DNA of 64,000 bases. Origin: an uncultured Actinomycetota bacterium (GTDB lineage: Bacteria > Actinomycetota > Actinomycetes > Streptosporangiales > Streptosporangiaceae). The stretch is taken from the NCBI GenBank assembly GCA_963817625.1, contig CAWFPK010000020.1, forward strand, positions 40,185 to 104,184. The letters are read 5' to 3'. The first letter of the stretch is position 1, and the number at the start of each line of letters is the position of its first letter. Both the position numbers and the translations under genes were made by a program. The notes under the pieces are model-generated. The model did no database searches and was not told where the DNA came from. It saw nothing but the letters and a program-made list of their open reading frames with translations. Below are positions 47,027 through 59,255 of this stretch, one piece after another.

Positions 47027-48242
47027 GTGGTGTCGCTCTTTCGCCAGCCGGTCGGCAGGATGCGGTCGAGTACGTCGTCGACGGTGATGGCGCCGAGCAG
47101 GCGGCAGGCCTCGTCGCACACTGCCACGCCGATCAGGTTGTAGGCGGCCATCCGCCTGGCCACTTCCCTTTCAGTCAGCTCAGGCCGGACGAACCCGCTC
47201 TCCTCCACGCACTCGCCGACGGTGGCCGACGGCGGCGTCCTTACCAGCCGCTGGAAGCCGACCGTGCCCAGGTAACGGCCCGTCGGCGTGACCGATGGCG
47301 GCTCGCAGACGAAGACCTGCGCGGCCACGGTCGGCGCTAGCTCGGGCACCCTGATCTGGGCTAGGACCTCGGCAACGGGGGTATCAGGCGACACGATCAG
47401 CGGATGCGACGTCATCAAGCCGCCAGCCGTGGTCGCGTCGTACCTGAGCAGCCGCCGAAGATCGTCCGCCTGCACCTTCTCCATCGCGGCCAGCAGCCGC
47501 TCACGCTGCTCGGCCGGCATCTCGGCGAGCAAGTCAGCGGCATCGTCTGGCTCCATCTCCTCGACCACATCGGCGGTGCGCTCGATGTTCAGTCCCGCTA
47601 GCAGCCTTAGCTGATCTTGCTCAGGCATCTCCTCAAGCAGGTCGGCGAGCTCCTCGTCGTGCAGCGCCTCGGCTAGCTCCTTGCGCCGCGCGGCCGACAT
47701 GACTTCGACCGCGTTGGCCAGATCGGTCGGGTGCATCTCCCGCAAGCCGATGAGCTGCTCGGCGAGGGGCCGGCCTTGAACAGGTCAGGGTACTTGTCCC
47801 AGGGCACGATGACGGTGGTGTGGTGCCGCAGACTGAGGCCGAGGGTCAGCCCGTGCCCGATGGCGAGCGCCGATACCTCCCAGCCGCCACGCCGGCTGCT
47901 GGATGCCGTGATGCCGATGTCCATCACTCGACCCGCGCCCGCTCGCTGTCCGTAGAGCTCGGACCCCAGCAGTTCGCCGGTGCGCTGGTTGAAGCGGCGC
48001 AGGTCGATAGTGCCGCCCCTGAGCCGGACGCCGTCAATCGAGATCTCAGCGATCCGGCCGAGGTTGACGAAGATCTGGCGTCGCTGCAGCGTGACGACTA
48101 GGCCGAGCACCCACGGCGGCTCGCCACCGGCGGATGGCAAGATCACCACGTCGCGAACCCGGCCGATGGCCACCCCGTCGCCGTCGAGCAACTGGCGGCC
48201 GGTCAGCCGAGAGGTGAAAACGGGCGATGCGGTCATGGTCAC
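47023..48242 (-). pseudogene. PRC-barrel / MgtE-N / CBS-pair protein, split by one frameshift
   Basis: ORF 47673..48242 (PRC-barrel-like, ...VIVPWDKYPDLFKAG) and ORF 47023..47745 (LREMHPTDLANAVEVM...CBS pair) join if 1 nt is restored in the G/C run at 47764-47775. Confidence 0.7.
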
Positions 48243-48319
48243 CTATGCTGCCCCACCCGGCGGGCGGAAACTCGGCTGCCCCGGCACTAGCAGATGCTAG
48301 TGAGCCTGGGCTGTTCGCG

Positions 48320-49102
48320 CTACCGCGCCGGCCCGGCGATCCTGGCCGCCAGCAGTACAGGAATGATCGTCAGGCCGATGACGATGGTCACCACCGCGTT
48401 AACCTCAGGTAGCTGCTGGCCGAGCCGCAGGGCACCGAAGATCCAGATCGGAAGGGTGTTTTGCGCGCCCGAGGTAAAGACCGTGACGATCACCTCGTCG
48501 AAGGACAGCGCGAACGCCAGCAGCGCACCGGAGACCAGCGCCGTCGCGACCGATGGCAACGTGATGTAGAGCTGGGTCTGCCAACCGCGCGCGCCGAGGT
48601 CCGCTGATGCCTCGGCTTGCGATCGAGGCATCCGCCGCAGGCGGGCGATCACGTTATTAAAGACCATGACAATGCAGAAAGTCGCGTGGCCGATCACGAT
48701 CGTCCACAGCGACAACTCGATGCGGGTGAAGCTGAAAAAGGAGTTGAGCGCTAGTCCGGTGATGATTCCTGGCAGCGCGATCGGCAGGATCAGCAGAAAC
48801 GAAATGCCGTCCCGGCCGAAGAAGGTGAACCTGTGCAGCGCGTAAGCGACGGCCGAGCCGAGCACTAGCGCGATCCCTGTGGCCAGCAAGCCGACCTTGA
48901 CCGACAGCAGGAAGGCGGTCCTGACCTGCTGGTCATGCCAGGCGACGCTGAACCAGTGCAGCGTCAGCCCCTGGATCGGCCAGCTCTCGACCGTCGCCGG
49001 GTCGAAGGCGTAGAGCACGATCAGCCCGATCGGCACGAACAGGAACAGCAGGACGAGCACGACCCACAGCCGCAGCGCCAGCTTCAGCCCGCGCGATTCC
49101 AT
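48320..49102 (-). CDS. ABC polyamine-type importer permease (PotC-like)
   Basis: Start MESRGLKLALRLWVV at 49102, inside the long ORF 48320..49945. The EAA loop is recognisable (EASADLGARGWQT). Confidence 0.8.
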   Translation of the reverse strand: MESRGLKLALRLWVVLVLLFLFVPIGLIVLYAFDPATVESWPIQGLTLHWFSVAWHDQQVRTAFLLSVKVGLLATGIALVLGSAVAYALHRFTFFGRDGISFLLILPIALPGIITGLALNSFFSFTRIELSLWTIVIGHATFCIVMVFNNVIARLRRMPRSQAEASADLGARGWQTQLYITLPSVATALVSGALLAFALSFDEVIVTVFTSGAQNTLPIWIFGALRLGQQLPEVNAVVTIVIGLTIIPVLLAARIAGPAR

Positions 49103-49995
49103 CACAGCTCCTTGAACGCGCCGAGCGCCCGGGCGCCAAGCAGGTAACCGATCATGATGACGATCGGCACGAGCGCCATGGCCGCGCCCAGCGGGACGTT
49201 GTTGGACAGGAAGCTCGTATAGGCGACCGAGCCGATGAACACCGAGTTGGTGCCGCCGAGCAGTTCTGGGGTGATGTAGTCGCCGAGCGTCAGCGAGAAC
49301 GTGAAGATGGATCCGGCCACGATGCCGGGCAGCGCCAGCGGCAGGATGACCGACCAGGTGGTGCGCAAGGTCCGGCCGCCTAGATCCTGCGATGCCTCGA
49401 TCATGGATGCCGGGATCCGATCCAAGGCGGCGTAGACCGGGATCACCAGGTAGGGCAGCCAGATGTAGCAGAACGCGATGAAGACGGCCCAGTTGGTGTC
49501 GATCAGGCTCAGCGGGCCGAGCGCCACCTTCCCCAGGCTCCAGTTGAGCAGGCCGTCCTTGGTAAAGATCAGCTGCCAGGCATACACCTTGGCCAGGTAA
49601 CTCGCCCACAGCGGCAGCAGCGTCGCTACATACAAGATGGTCCTGGTGCGCCTGGACGCGATCCGCGCCATGTAGTAGGCGAACGGCAGCGCGATGACGA
49701 TGTCCACCACGGTGACGGCTGCCGCCATGCCGACAGTGCGCGCGATGACCTGCAGGTAAGCGGACGTGCTGACGATCTCGGTGAGGTTGCTGAGGGTCCA
49801 GACATGCACCAGATTTCCGGTGAAGGAATTGGTCTCCCAGAAGGCGGTGATCAGCAGCACCACCAGGGACGCCAGATAGATCAGCAGGAACCAGGCCAGC
49901 GGCGGCGTGAGCAGCAACGTCGCCAGTGCCCACGGCCGGCGCCACAAGACGCCGCCGATCCCAGCGCCGGGGCGGCCGCGGCGCCGGTCCGCCAC
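49102..49995 (-). CDS. ABC polyamine-type importer permease (PotB-like)
   Basis: ORF 49102..50166, plausible GTG start at 49995. EAA loop EASQDLGGRTLRT. Confidence 0.8.
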   Translation of the reverse strand: MADRRRGRPGAGIGGVLWRRPWALATLLLTPPLAWFLLIYLASLVVLLITAFWETNSFTGNLVHVWTLSNLTEIVSTSAYLQVIARTVGMAAAVTVVDIVIALPFAYYMARIASRRTRTILYVATLLPLWASYLAKVYAWQLIFTKDGLLNWSLGKVALGPLSLIDTNWAVFIAFCYIWLPYLVIPVYAALDRIPASMIEASQDLGGRTLRTTWSVILPLALPGIVAGSIFTFSLTLGDYITPELLGGTNSVFIGSVAYTSFLSNNVPLGAAMALVPIVIMIGYLLGARALGAFKEL

Positions 49996-50018
49996 GTCCG
50001 CCCCGGTCTGGTCCTGGC

Positions 50019-51248
50019 CTACTTGACCTGGGTATTCCACGCAGTCACCCACTGGGAATACGGCACGCAGTCCGACTTGCCGTTGTCGCAGGTCGCGATC
50101 GGCGTCTTCCACAGCTCGATCGAGTTCAAGTAGGCGGCTGGCGCATTCGCGTGGTACTCGGCGCACGACCCTGGCTGCATCTTATTCATGTAGCCGCAGG
50201 CCAACATGTTGTCCGGGGTCTCGCCGTAGTTCAGCGCCTGTTCGGCCTGCACCTTCGGGGTGCTGATGTAACGCATCCACATGTAGGCGCAATTCGGGTG
50301 CGGTGCCTTGGCGGCGAGCATCCAGGTGTCGGCCCAGCCGGTGGCGCCCTCACTTGGGACCACCGAGCCGATCGCGAACTTGTCCGCCTTCAGCGCGCTC
50401 ACTTGGTAGGGCCAGCCGGCCCCGAGCGTGACGTCGCCGTTCTTGAAAGCCGAGATCTCCTGCGAAGCCAGGTCCCAGTACGACTTGAGCAGCGGGCGCT
50501 GGTCAGCCAGCAGCTTGACGGCAGCGGCGAACTGCGGCTGGGTCAGCTCGTAGGGGTCAGAGATGCCCAGGCTCGGCTGGTGCGTCTTGAGGTACAAAGC
50601 CGCGTCGGCGATCTGGATCGGGTTGTCTGGGACGGTGATCTGGCCCTTGTACTTCGAGTTGTAGATGACGCTCCACGAGGTGGGCGGCGTCGGGAACGCC
50701 TTCTTGCTGTACATCAGCACGTTCGGGCCCCACTGCAGGGAGACGCCGTAGTGCACGCCGTTGACGGTGTTGAACGCTGGTGACTTGAACTGCGGGAAGA
50801 AGTCCTTCCAGCTTGGAATCAGGTTGATGTTGACTGGGCGGGCATCACCACCGTAGATGATGCGCAGGTCGGCATCGCCGGACGAGGACACCATGTCGTA
50901 CTGGCCGCCGCCGCCGTTGGCCATCAGCGCGACCATCTCATCAGAGGTGTTGGCGTACTTGGCATTCACCGTGCAGCCAGTCTGCTGCTCGAACGGCTTG
51001 ACCCATTCCGGCTGCAGGTAGCCGGCCCAGGCAATCAGGTTGAGCTGGCCTTCGCCCTTGCCGATGTGCTTGAGCACGGGCAGATTGGCCGTCGGGACGG
51101 CGCCGGTCGGTGCACCGCCGCCGGACCCGCCAGCTCCGCCGCTCGGAGTGCCGCCGCTGCTGCTGCAGCCAGCCGCCAGCAATGCGGTAAGGCCGAGTAC
51201 CGCGATGCCCCCTGCGAGCCGCCGGTACGTTCGGGGTTGCCTGATCAT
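50019..51248 (-). CDS. periplasmic-type polyamine/amine-binding lipoprotein (PotD/PotF-like)
   Basis: ORF 50019..51383, ATG at 51248 (MIRQPRTYRRLAGGIAVLGLTALLAAGCSSS) with lipobox LAAGC. Confidence 0.8.
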   Translation of the reverse strand: MIRQPRTYRRLAGGIAVLGLTALLAAGCSSSGGTPSGGAGGSGGGAPTGAVPTANLPVLKHIGKGEGQLNLIAWAGYLQPEWVKPFEQQTGCTVNAKYANTSDEMVALMANGGGGQYDMVSSSGDADLRIIYGGDARPVNINLIPSWKDFFPQFKSPAFNTVNGVHYGVSLQWGPNVLMYSKKAFPTPPTSWSVIYNSKYKGQITVPDNPIQIADAALYLKTHQPSLGISDPYELTQPQFAAAVKLLADQRPLLKSYWDLASQEISAFKNGDVTLGAGWPYQVSALKADKFAIGSVVPSEGATGWADTWMLAAKAPHPNCAYMWMRYISTPKVQAEQALNYGETPDNMLACGYMNKMQPGSCAEYHANAPAAYLNSIELWKTPIATCDNGKSDCVPYSQWVTAWNTQVK

Positions 51249-51270
51249 CTTGTGCCTGCCCTTCCGCGCG

Positions 51271-52320
51271 TCATGGTTGGCGCGCGTCCTGCACTTGCGG
51301 AATGGTGCTGGCCTGGCTCGGCAGCCAGGAGATCCGAGCTCGTGCTCCGGCGACTCCGTCGGCGGCTTGCGGAGACTGCTCATTTTGCCGGGCGACGACG
51401 AGCTCGCCGCCCGCGTCCAGGTCGATCACGTATCTGGTGAAGACGCCCAGGTAGATGACGTCGCGGATGACGCCGGCCTCGACGTGCGCGCCTGCCGCTG
51501 GCGCCACGCCGTCGGCGAGCAGGCTGATCTTCTCCGGCCGGATCGTCAGGTGCACGCCCTCGCGTTCGATGACGTTCGACGTTCCGATGAACCCGGCGAC
51601 GAACTCGGTCTGCGGTCGCTCGTACACCTCAAGCGGCGTACCGACCTGCTCGATCCTGCCCTGGTGCAGCACGGCGATCCGGTCGCTCATCGAGAGCGCT
51701 TCTTCCTGGTCGTGCGTCACGTAGACGAAGGTGATGCCCACCTGGCGTTGCACGTGCGCGAGCTCAAGCTGCATGTCCTGGCGCAGTTTGAGGTCGAGTG
51801 CGCCCAGTGGCTCATCAAGCAGCAGCACCTGCGGCTGGTTCACGATCGCCCGGGCAAGCGCGACCCGCTGGCGCTGGCCGCCGGACAGCTGCGCGGGCCT
51901 GCGTGCACCGAGCCCGGAAAGGCGCACCATCTCAAGCGCGCGCATCGCCCTGGTCCGGCGTTCGGCCTTAGGCACCTTCTTGACCCGGAGGCCGTACTCG
52001 ATGTTTTGCAGCAGCGTCAGGTGCGGGAACAGCGCGTAATCCTGGAACACTGTGTTGACGTTCCTGGCGTACGGCGGGACGCGGGAAATGTCCTGGCCAC
52101 TTAGTTCGATCGTGCCGTCGTCAGGTCGGTCGAATCCGGCGATCAGCCGTAGCAAGGTGGTCTTGCCTGACCCAGACGGCCCGAGCAGCGTGAAGAATTC
52201 GCCCGCCCCGATCTCCAGGTCCACCCCGTCGAGAGCGGTAAAGTCGCCGAAGCGCTTGCGAAGCCCGCGGACCCGGATGGCGGGACGTGCTGCACTAGCC
52301 TGGCCATCCGCGGCAGGCAA
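51271..52320 (-). CDS. ABC importer ATPase (PotA-like, with C-terminal regulatory domain)
   Basis: [26 protein letters not shown] start at 52320. Confidence 0.85.
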   Translation of the reverse strand: MPAADGQASAARPAIRVRGLRKRFGDFTALDGVDLEIGAGEFFTLLGPSGSGKTTLLRLIAGFDRPDDGTIELSGQDISRVPPYARNVNTVFQDYALFPHLTLLQNIEYGLRVKKVPKAERRTRAMRALEMVRLSGLGARRPAQLSGGQRQRVALARAIVNQPQVLLLDEPLGALDLKLRQDMQLELAHVQRQVGITFVYVTHDQEEALSMSDRIAVLHQGRIEQVGTPLEVYERPQTEFVAGFIGTSNVIEREGVHLTIRPEKISLLADGVAPAAGAHVEAGVIRDVIYLGVFTRYVIDLDAGGELVVARQNEQSPQAADGVAGARARISWLPSQASTIPQVQDARQP

Positions 52321-52409
52321 CGCAGAACTAGCGTTTCTCGGTCATTCGGCATGTTGTACCACGCTCAGTCCGAACGGACAACGATCAGGTATGCAGCTCG
52401 CTGGATTGT

Positions 52410-52445
52410 TATATTAGTAATATATGTGCGATATTCGGTCACATA
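52410..52445. promoter_or_regulatory. AT-rich operator-like palindromes
   Basis: TATATTA-g-TAATATA (52410-52424) is immediately followed by ATGTG-N11-CACAT (52425-52445), in the divergent potA/BVMO intergenic region. Confidence 0.35.
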
Positions 52446-52524
52446 CCGCGCTGTTCTGGTTCATAGCGACTCGCGCCCGCGAGTTATTCTGCCGATGCTA
52501 GGTTCGCCGGACCGAGGAGGGCAC

Positions 52525-53997
52525 ATGCCCGAGCGCTCGTCCTACCGAGTCGTCATCATCGGTGCCGGATTCGGCGGCATCGGCATGGCGCTTGCGCTGC
52601 AACGAGCAGGCATCGACGACTTCTTGATCGTGGACAGTGGCGAAGGACTTGGCGGGACTTGGCGCGACAACACCTACCCAGGTGCCGCTTGCGATGTGCC
52701 GTCGAGTCTGTACTCCTACTCCTTCCGGCCCGAGCGCTGGACTCGCCGCTTCCCGACCCAGCCAGAGACGCTCGGCTACCTTCGCACGGTGGCGACCGAG
52801 CACGACCTGGACCGCAAGCTGCGCTTGCGCGCACGAGTGGAGGCCGCGAGCTTTGATGAATCCAGTGCTCAATGGACCATCACGCTCGCGGGCGGTGAGC
52901 AACTCGTCGCCCGCGCAGTAGTCAGCGCGGTCGGCCAGCTCAACCGGCCAAGGATTCCCGAGCTTGCCGGTCAGGCTGACTTCACCGGGCCATCGTGGCA
53001 CTCGGCCCGCTGGAATCATGACGTCGATCTCACCGGCAAGCGAGTGGCCGTGATCGGCACCGGGGCCAGCGCGATTCAGTTCGTGCCTGAGGTCGCGAAG
53101 GTCGCCGCGCACGTGGACGTCTACCAGCGCAGCGCCCCCTACGTGCTGCCCAAGCCGGATCGGCCCTACCGCGCGGCCGAGCACACCGTGTACGAGCGGC
53201 TCCCGCTGGTGCGCAAGGCCGACCGACTGCGCACCTTCCTGACCGGGGAGGTGCTCACCAGTGGCTTCGTGCTGTCGCCCAAGATGCTGGCCATCCCCAT
53301 GCGGCTGTGGCACCGCCAGCTCAACGAGCAGGTCGCCGATCCTGACCTGCGGGGCAAGTGCGTGCCGAACTACCTGATGGGCTGCAAGCGAGTGCTCTTC
53401 TCCAACGACTGGTATCCGACCCTGGCCAGGTCCAACGTCGAACTGGTCACCGATCCGATCGGCCGGCTTGCGGCCGGCGGAGTGATCGGCGCGGATGAGA
53501 CCTTCCGCCCGGCCGACGTCGTCGTCTACGGAACTGGCTTCCATACCCTGGACTTCCTGGCGCCAATGAGGATTATCGGCCTGAACGGGCGTGAGCTGAA
53601 TGACGCCTGGCGCGATGGCGTACAGGCGTACCTCGGCATCTCGGTGGCTGGCTTCCCTAATTTCTTCATGCTGTACGGCCCGCACACCAATCTGGGCGGC
53701 AATTCGATCATCTACATGCTTGAGAGCCAGATCCGCTACACGGCCAGCGCTATCTCGGCATTGCACCGGGAGCGCCTGGACTGGCTGGACGTGCGGCCGG
53801 AGGTGCAGCGGGCGTTCAACGCCTGGGTGGCCAGGGCCAGCAGCAAGTCGGTGTGGGAGAGCGGCTGCACCAACTGGTACACCACGGCGGCCGGCCGCAA
53901 CATCAACAATTGGCCCGACTACACCTTCAGCTACCGGCACCGGGTGCGGCACTTCGAGCTAGCCAAGTACCGGCTGATGCCGAGGCGGGCCGCATGA
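52525..53997 (+). CDS. Baeyer-Villiger-type flavin monooxygenase
   Basis: ATG at 52525 (MPERSSYRVVIIGAGFGGIG). BVMO fingerprint FTGPSWHSARW (FxGxxxHxxxW) and a second Rossmann motif GTGASAIQ. Confidence 0.85.
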   Translation: MPERSSYRVVIIGAGFGGIGMALALQRAGIDDFLIVDSGEGLGGTWRDNTYPGAACDVPSSLYSYSFRPERWTRRFPTQPETLGYLRTVATEHDLDRKLRLRARVEAASFDESSAQWTITLAGGEQLVARAVVSAVGQLNRPRIPELAGQADFTGPSWHSARWNHDVDLTGKRVAVIGTGASAIQFVPEVAKVAAHVDVYQRSAPYVLPKPDRPYRAAEHTVYERLPLVRKADRLRTFLTGEVLTSGFVLSPKMLAIPMRLWHRQLNEQVADPDLRGKCVPNYLMGCKRVLFSNDWYPTLARSNVELVTDPIGRLAAGGVIGADETFRPADVVVYGTGFHTLDFLAPMRIIGLNGRELNDAWRDGVQAYLGISVAGFPNFFMLYGPHTNLGGNSIIYMLESQIRYTASAISALHRERLDWLDVRPEVQRAFNAWVARASSKSVWESGCTNWYTTAAGRNINNWPDYTFSYRHRVRHFELAKYRLMPRRAA

Positions 53998-54889
53998 ACC
54001 TGCCGCCTGCGCTGCTCCGACCCGGCGTCAGGCAACTGCGCCGCCATGTGCTCAATCCGGCCCTGCCGTGGGCGACCCAGCGGACCAGGCTGGACAAGTT
54101 CGCGCAAGCCTCGCCGCCGCCGCGCGGTGCCAAGGTCACCAACCGGGACGTGGGAGGAATCCAGGCCGAGGTCGTGACGGCTCGGCCTGGGAGCGTGGCA
54201 GGCACGGTCGTGCACTTCCATGGCGGCGGCTACTGCGTGGGTTCGGCCGCCATGGCCCGCGGCTGGGGGGCGGTGGTCAGCGCCAAGACTGGCTGCCAGG
54301 TACTGCTGCCCGACTACCGGTTGGCACCCGAGCACCCGCATCCCGCCGCGCTTGATGACGCCCGCCTGGTGCTCACGGCGCTTGCCAGCGAGGCGACTAC
54401 CGGGCCGGTCGTGGTCTCCGGCGACTCGGCAGGCGGCGGCTTGGCCCTGGCGCTGCTGCTCGCGCTCAGGGACGAGGGCCAGTCGATGCCTGCCGCTGCA
54501 TCCTGCTGTCGCCGTGGCTCGATTTGTCCGTCGACCGGCACGCCGACCGGCACCTGGTACGTAAGGACATCCTGCTCGACCCGGATTGGCTGGCCGAATG
54601 CGCCAGCGCGTACGCCGGATCAGCGCCAAGGACCGCCCAGGCGATCTCGCCGTTGCTGGCCGACCTGCACGGCTTGCCACCGCTGCTGGTCCAGGCCGGC
54701 ACCAATGAGCTGCTCGCCCCTGACGCCGAGCGGCTGGCCGCCAAAGCATCGCAAGCCGGCCTCGATGTCAGCTATACCCGCTGGCCGGGCCTATGGCATG
54801 ACTTCGCGCTGCAGCCAGGCCTGCTCGCGGCCGCCGACAGCGCGGCCGATCAGGCCGCCTGGTTTGTCAAGCAGGTGACGGCTAGCTAG
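53994..54889 (+). pseudogene. HSL-family alpha/beta esterase, one frameshift
   Basis: ATGA overlap with the BVMO gene. HFHGGGY oxyanion motif and GDSAGG nucleophile lie in the first frame. The C-terminus (ILLSPWLDLSVD...GLWHDF) continues in ORF 54524. 1 nt is missing near 54498-54500. Confidence 0.75.
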
Positions 54890-54897
54890 TCGGGGGC

Positions 54898-55737
54898 TCA
54901 GCCGATGGCCGACAACGCTTCGGCGAGCGGGGCAAGCACCGCCGGGCTGAGCGGTGGCCGCAGGTACACGATCGCGAGCTGCAGCCCTACCTCAGCGAGT
55001 GCGGTGATCTCGCTGATCGCCGGCTCGACCTCGTTGTTCTCGCCGAGCCTGATGTGGCTCGAGAGCGTGATCTCCGCCGGATCCCGGCCGACGGCGGCAC
55101 AGTGCTCGAACAGCACGTCCCGCTTGCGGGCGAAGACCTCAGGCGACCCGCCGACCGAGTTCCAGTGCTGCGCGTACTTGGCGGTGGTCAGCAACGTCCG
55201 CTTCTCGCCGCTGCCGCCAATGCAGATCGGCGGGTGCGGCTGCTGCGGCCCCTTTGGCTCGTTGCGGGCGTCCTTGAGCTGGTAGTACTGGCCATCGAAG
55301 GTAGTGGCCTGCTGCGAGAGCAGTCCGATCAGCACCTGACAGACCTCTTCGAACCGGTCGCTGCGCTCGCGCGGGGTGCCGAGCTCAATCCCGTAAGCGC
55401 CGGATTCTTCCTCATTCCAGCCCGCGCCGATCCCGATCTCCAGCCGGCCGTCCGAGATGATGTCGATGGTGGCGGCCATTTTGGCCAGCACAGCCGGGTG
55501 CCGGTAGTGGATGCCGGTCACCATATTGCCGATGCGCAGCCGGCTGGTCGCTTGTGCGAGCGCGGTCAGCACGCTCCAGCCCTCCAGGCATGGTCCGGTG
55601 GAGTCGCCCATGATCGGATAGAAGTGATCAAATACCCAGCCTGACTCGAATACCTCGATCTGGTCGGCCTCCTGCCAGACCGCGAGCAGTTCGGCCCAGG
55701 TGGTGTTTTGCTGAGCGGTTTTGAAAGCAAAGCGCAC
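54898..55737 (-). CDS. LLM-class F420-dependent oxidoreductase
   Basis: ORF 54898..55866, GTG at 55737 (VRFAFKTAQQNTTWAELLAVWQEADQIEVFESGWVFDHFYPI), a typical luciferase-like monooxygenase N-terminus. Confidence 0.75.
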   Translation of the reverse strand: MRFAFKTAQQNTTWAELLAVWQEADQIEVFESGWVFDHFYPIMGDSTGPCLEGWSVLTALAQATSRLRIGNMVTGIHYRHPAVLAKMAATIDIISDGRLEIGIGAGWNEEESGAYGIELGTPRERSDRFEEVCQVLIGLLSQQATTFDGQYYQLKDARNEPKGPQQPHPPICIGGSGEKRTLLTTAKYAQHWNSVGGSPEVFARKRDVLFEHCAAVGRDPAEITLSSHIRLGENNEVEPAISEITALAEVGLQLAIVYLRPPLSPAVLAPLAEALSAIG

Positions 55738-55780
55738 TGCATCTCTCCCTAAGGGAACTGACTGTTGGCGCGGCCGGCGC

Positions 55781-57226
55781 TTAGGCGGGCACCTCGGATC
55801 GATCTCCTGCCCAGTACGTGTGGAACGAACCGGCCTGATCAATGCGCTGGTACGTGTGCGCGCCAAAGTTATCCCGCAACCCCTGGATCAGGGCTGCGGG
55901 CAGTCGGTCCCGGCGCAGCCCGTCGTAGTAGGCAAGCGAGGAAGAGAAGGCTGGCGTCGGCACGCCAGCCAGTGCGGCATCAGCCACCACCCGGCGCCAG
56001 CTCGCGACTCCGGCCGACACGGCCGCGGCGAAGTACGGTGCGACCAGCAGGCTCGGCAGGGTCGGCTGATCGTCGTAGGCCTCCCTGATCCGGTTCAGGA
56101 AGCGTGCCCTGATGATGCAGCCGCCTCGCCAGATGGTGGCCATGGCGCCGCGGTCGATGTCCCAGTCGTACTCGTCGCTGCCGGCCTGGATCTGGTCGAA
56201 GCCCTGGGCGTAGGCGACGACCTTGGAGGCGTAGAGCGCCTTGCGTACGTCCTCGGTGAAGGCGGCCGGGTCATCGATCGCGAACGGGCTCAGCTCGCTG
56301 CCGTAGGCGCGGCGGGCGGCCTCCCGCTGATCGGCGTGACCGGACAGCGAGCGCGCGAAGGTCGCCTCAGCGATGCCGGTGATGGGGATGCCGAGGTCGA
56401 GTGCGCTCTGCACGGTCCACCGGCCAGTGCCTTTCTGCTCGGCCTGGTCGAGCACGACGTCGATGAACGGCTGGCCGGTTGCCGCGTCCGCGTGGCCGAG
56501 TACGTCGGCGGTGATCTCGATCAGGAAGGACTCAAGATCGCCTTCATTCCAGGTGCGGAACGTATCGGCGAGCTGCGCAGGAGTCGCGCCGGTGCCCGAC
56601 CTGAGCAGGTCGTAGGCCTCGGCGATGAGCTGCATGTCGGCGTACTCGATGCCGTTGTGCACCATCTTCACGAAGTGCCCGGCGCCGTCAGGGCCGACGT
56701 GCACGCAGCAAGGAGTGCCATCGACTTTGGCGGCGATCGCCTCGAACATCGGGCCGAGCGTCTGGTAGGACTCAGCCGAGCCGCCGGGCATGATGCTGGG
56801 GCCGTTCAGCGCGCCTTCCTCGCCACCAGACACCCCGGAGCCGACGAAGTGCAGGTCGCGGCGTCGCAGCTCGCTCTCACGGCGGCGGGTGTCGGTGTAG
56901 TGCGCGTTACCGCAGTCGATGACGATGTCGCCGGGATCGAGCAGCGGCACCAACTCGTTGATCACCGCATCGGTCGGCTCGCCGGCCTTGACCATGATGA
57001 TGATCGCTCGCGGCCGCTGCAGCGACGCGACGAAGTCCTTGGTGCTCTCGCTCGGCACGAACGTGCCTTCGTGGCCGTGCTCGGCGACCAGGCTCCTGGT
57101 GCGCTCTGGCGAGCGGTTATGCAGTGCCACCTGATAGCCGTGCCTAGCGAGGTTGCGGGCGAGATTGCGACCCATCACTGCCAGGCCGGTGACGCCGATC
57201 TGCGCGGTTACTTGAGTCTTGGTCAT
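55781..57226 (-). CDS. gnd: 6-phosphogluconate dehydrogenase (decarboxylating)
   Basis: ORF 55781..57583, ATG at 57226 (MTKTQVTAQIGVTGLAVMGRNLARNL); an alternative ATG lies at 57235. Conserved Gnd blocks run throughout. Confidence 0.9.
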   Translation of the reverse strand: MTKTQVTAQIGVTGLAVMGRNLARNLARHGYQVALHNRSPERTRSLVAEHGHEGTFVPSESTKDFVASLQRPRAIIIMVKAGEPTDAVINELVPLLDPGDIVIDCGNAHYTDTRRRESELRRRDLHFVGSGVSGGEEGALNGPSIMPGGSAESYQTLGPMFEAIAAKVDGTPCCVHVGPDGAGHFVKMVHNGIEYADMQLIAEAYDLLRSGTGATPAQLADTFRTWNEGDLESFLIEITADVLGHADAATGQPFIDVVLDQAEQKGTGRWTVQSALDLGIPITGIAEATFARSLSGHADQREAARRAYGSELSPFAIDDPAAFTEDVRKALYASKVVAYAQGFDQIQAGSDEYDWDIDRGAMATIWRGGCIIRARFLNRIREAYDDQPTLPSLLVAPYFAAAVSAGVASWRRVVADAALAGVPTPAFSSSLAYYDGLRRDRLPAALIQGLRDNFGAHTYQRIDQAGSFHTYWAGDRSEVPA

Positions 57227-57301
57227 GGACAACATCCTGGCACGCGCCTGACCCGTCGGCACCGGCCTGACCCGGCAGCGGCGGCAAAGACGCAGGCCGG
57301 C

Positions 57302-59192
<1,891 letters not shown>

Positions 59193-59200
59193 TCCCGCGT

Positions 59201-59241
59201 CAGCCGGCCCTGATTCCGCACGCGGGTACCAGGGCCGGCTG
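59201..59241. terminator. bidirectional hairpin between convergent genes
   Basis: A perfect 12-bp stem CAGCCGGCCCTG / CAGGGCCGGCTG with a 17-nt loop. There is no clear U-run, so this is an I-shaped, actinobacterial-style terminator. Confidence 0.55.
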
Positions 59242-59255
59242 AGCCTTAACCGCCT

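Noticed and set aside
48320-49945. 541-aa ORF suggesting a fused giant permease.
   Set aside because: The N-terminal 280 codons are an out-of-frame read-through across the PotB-like gene. The PotC-like protein starts at MESRGLK (49102), with the usual stop/start overlap.
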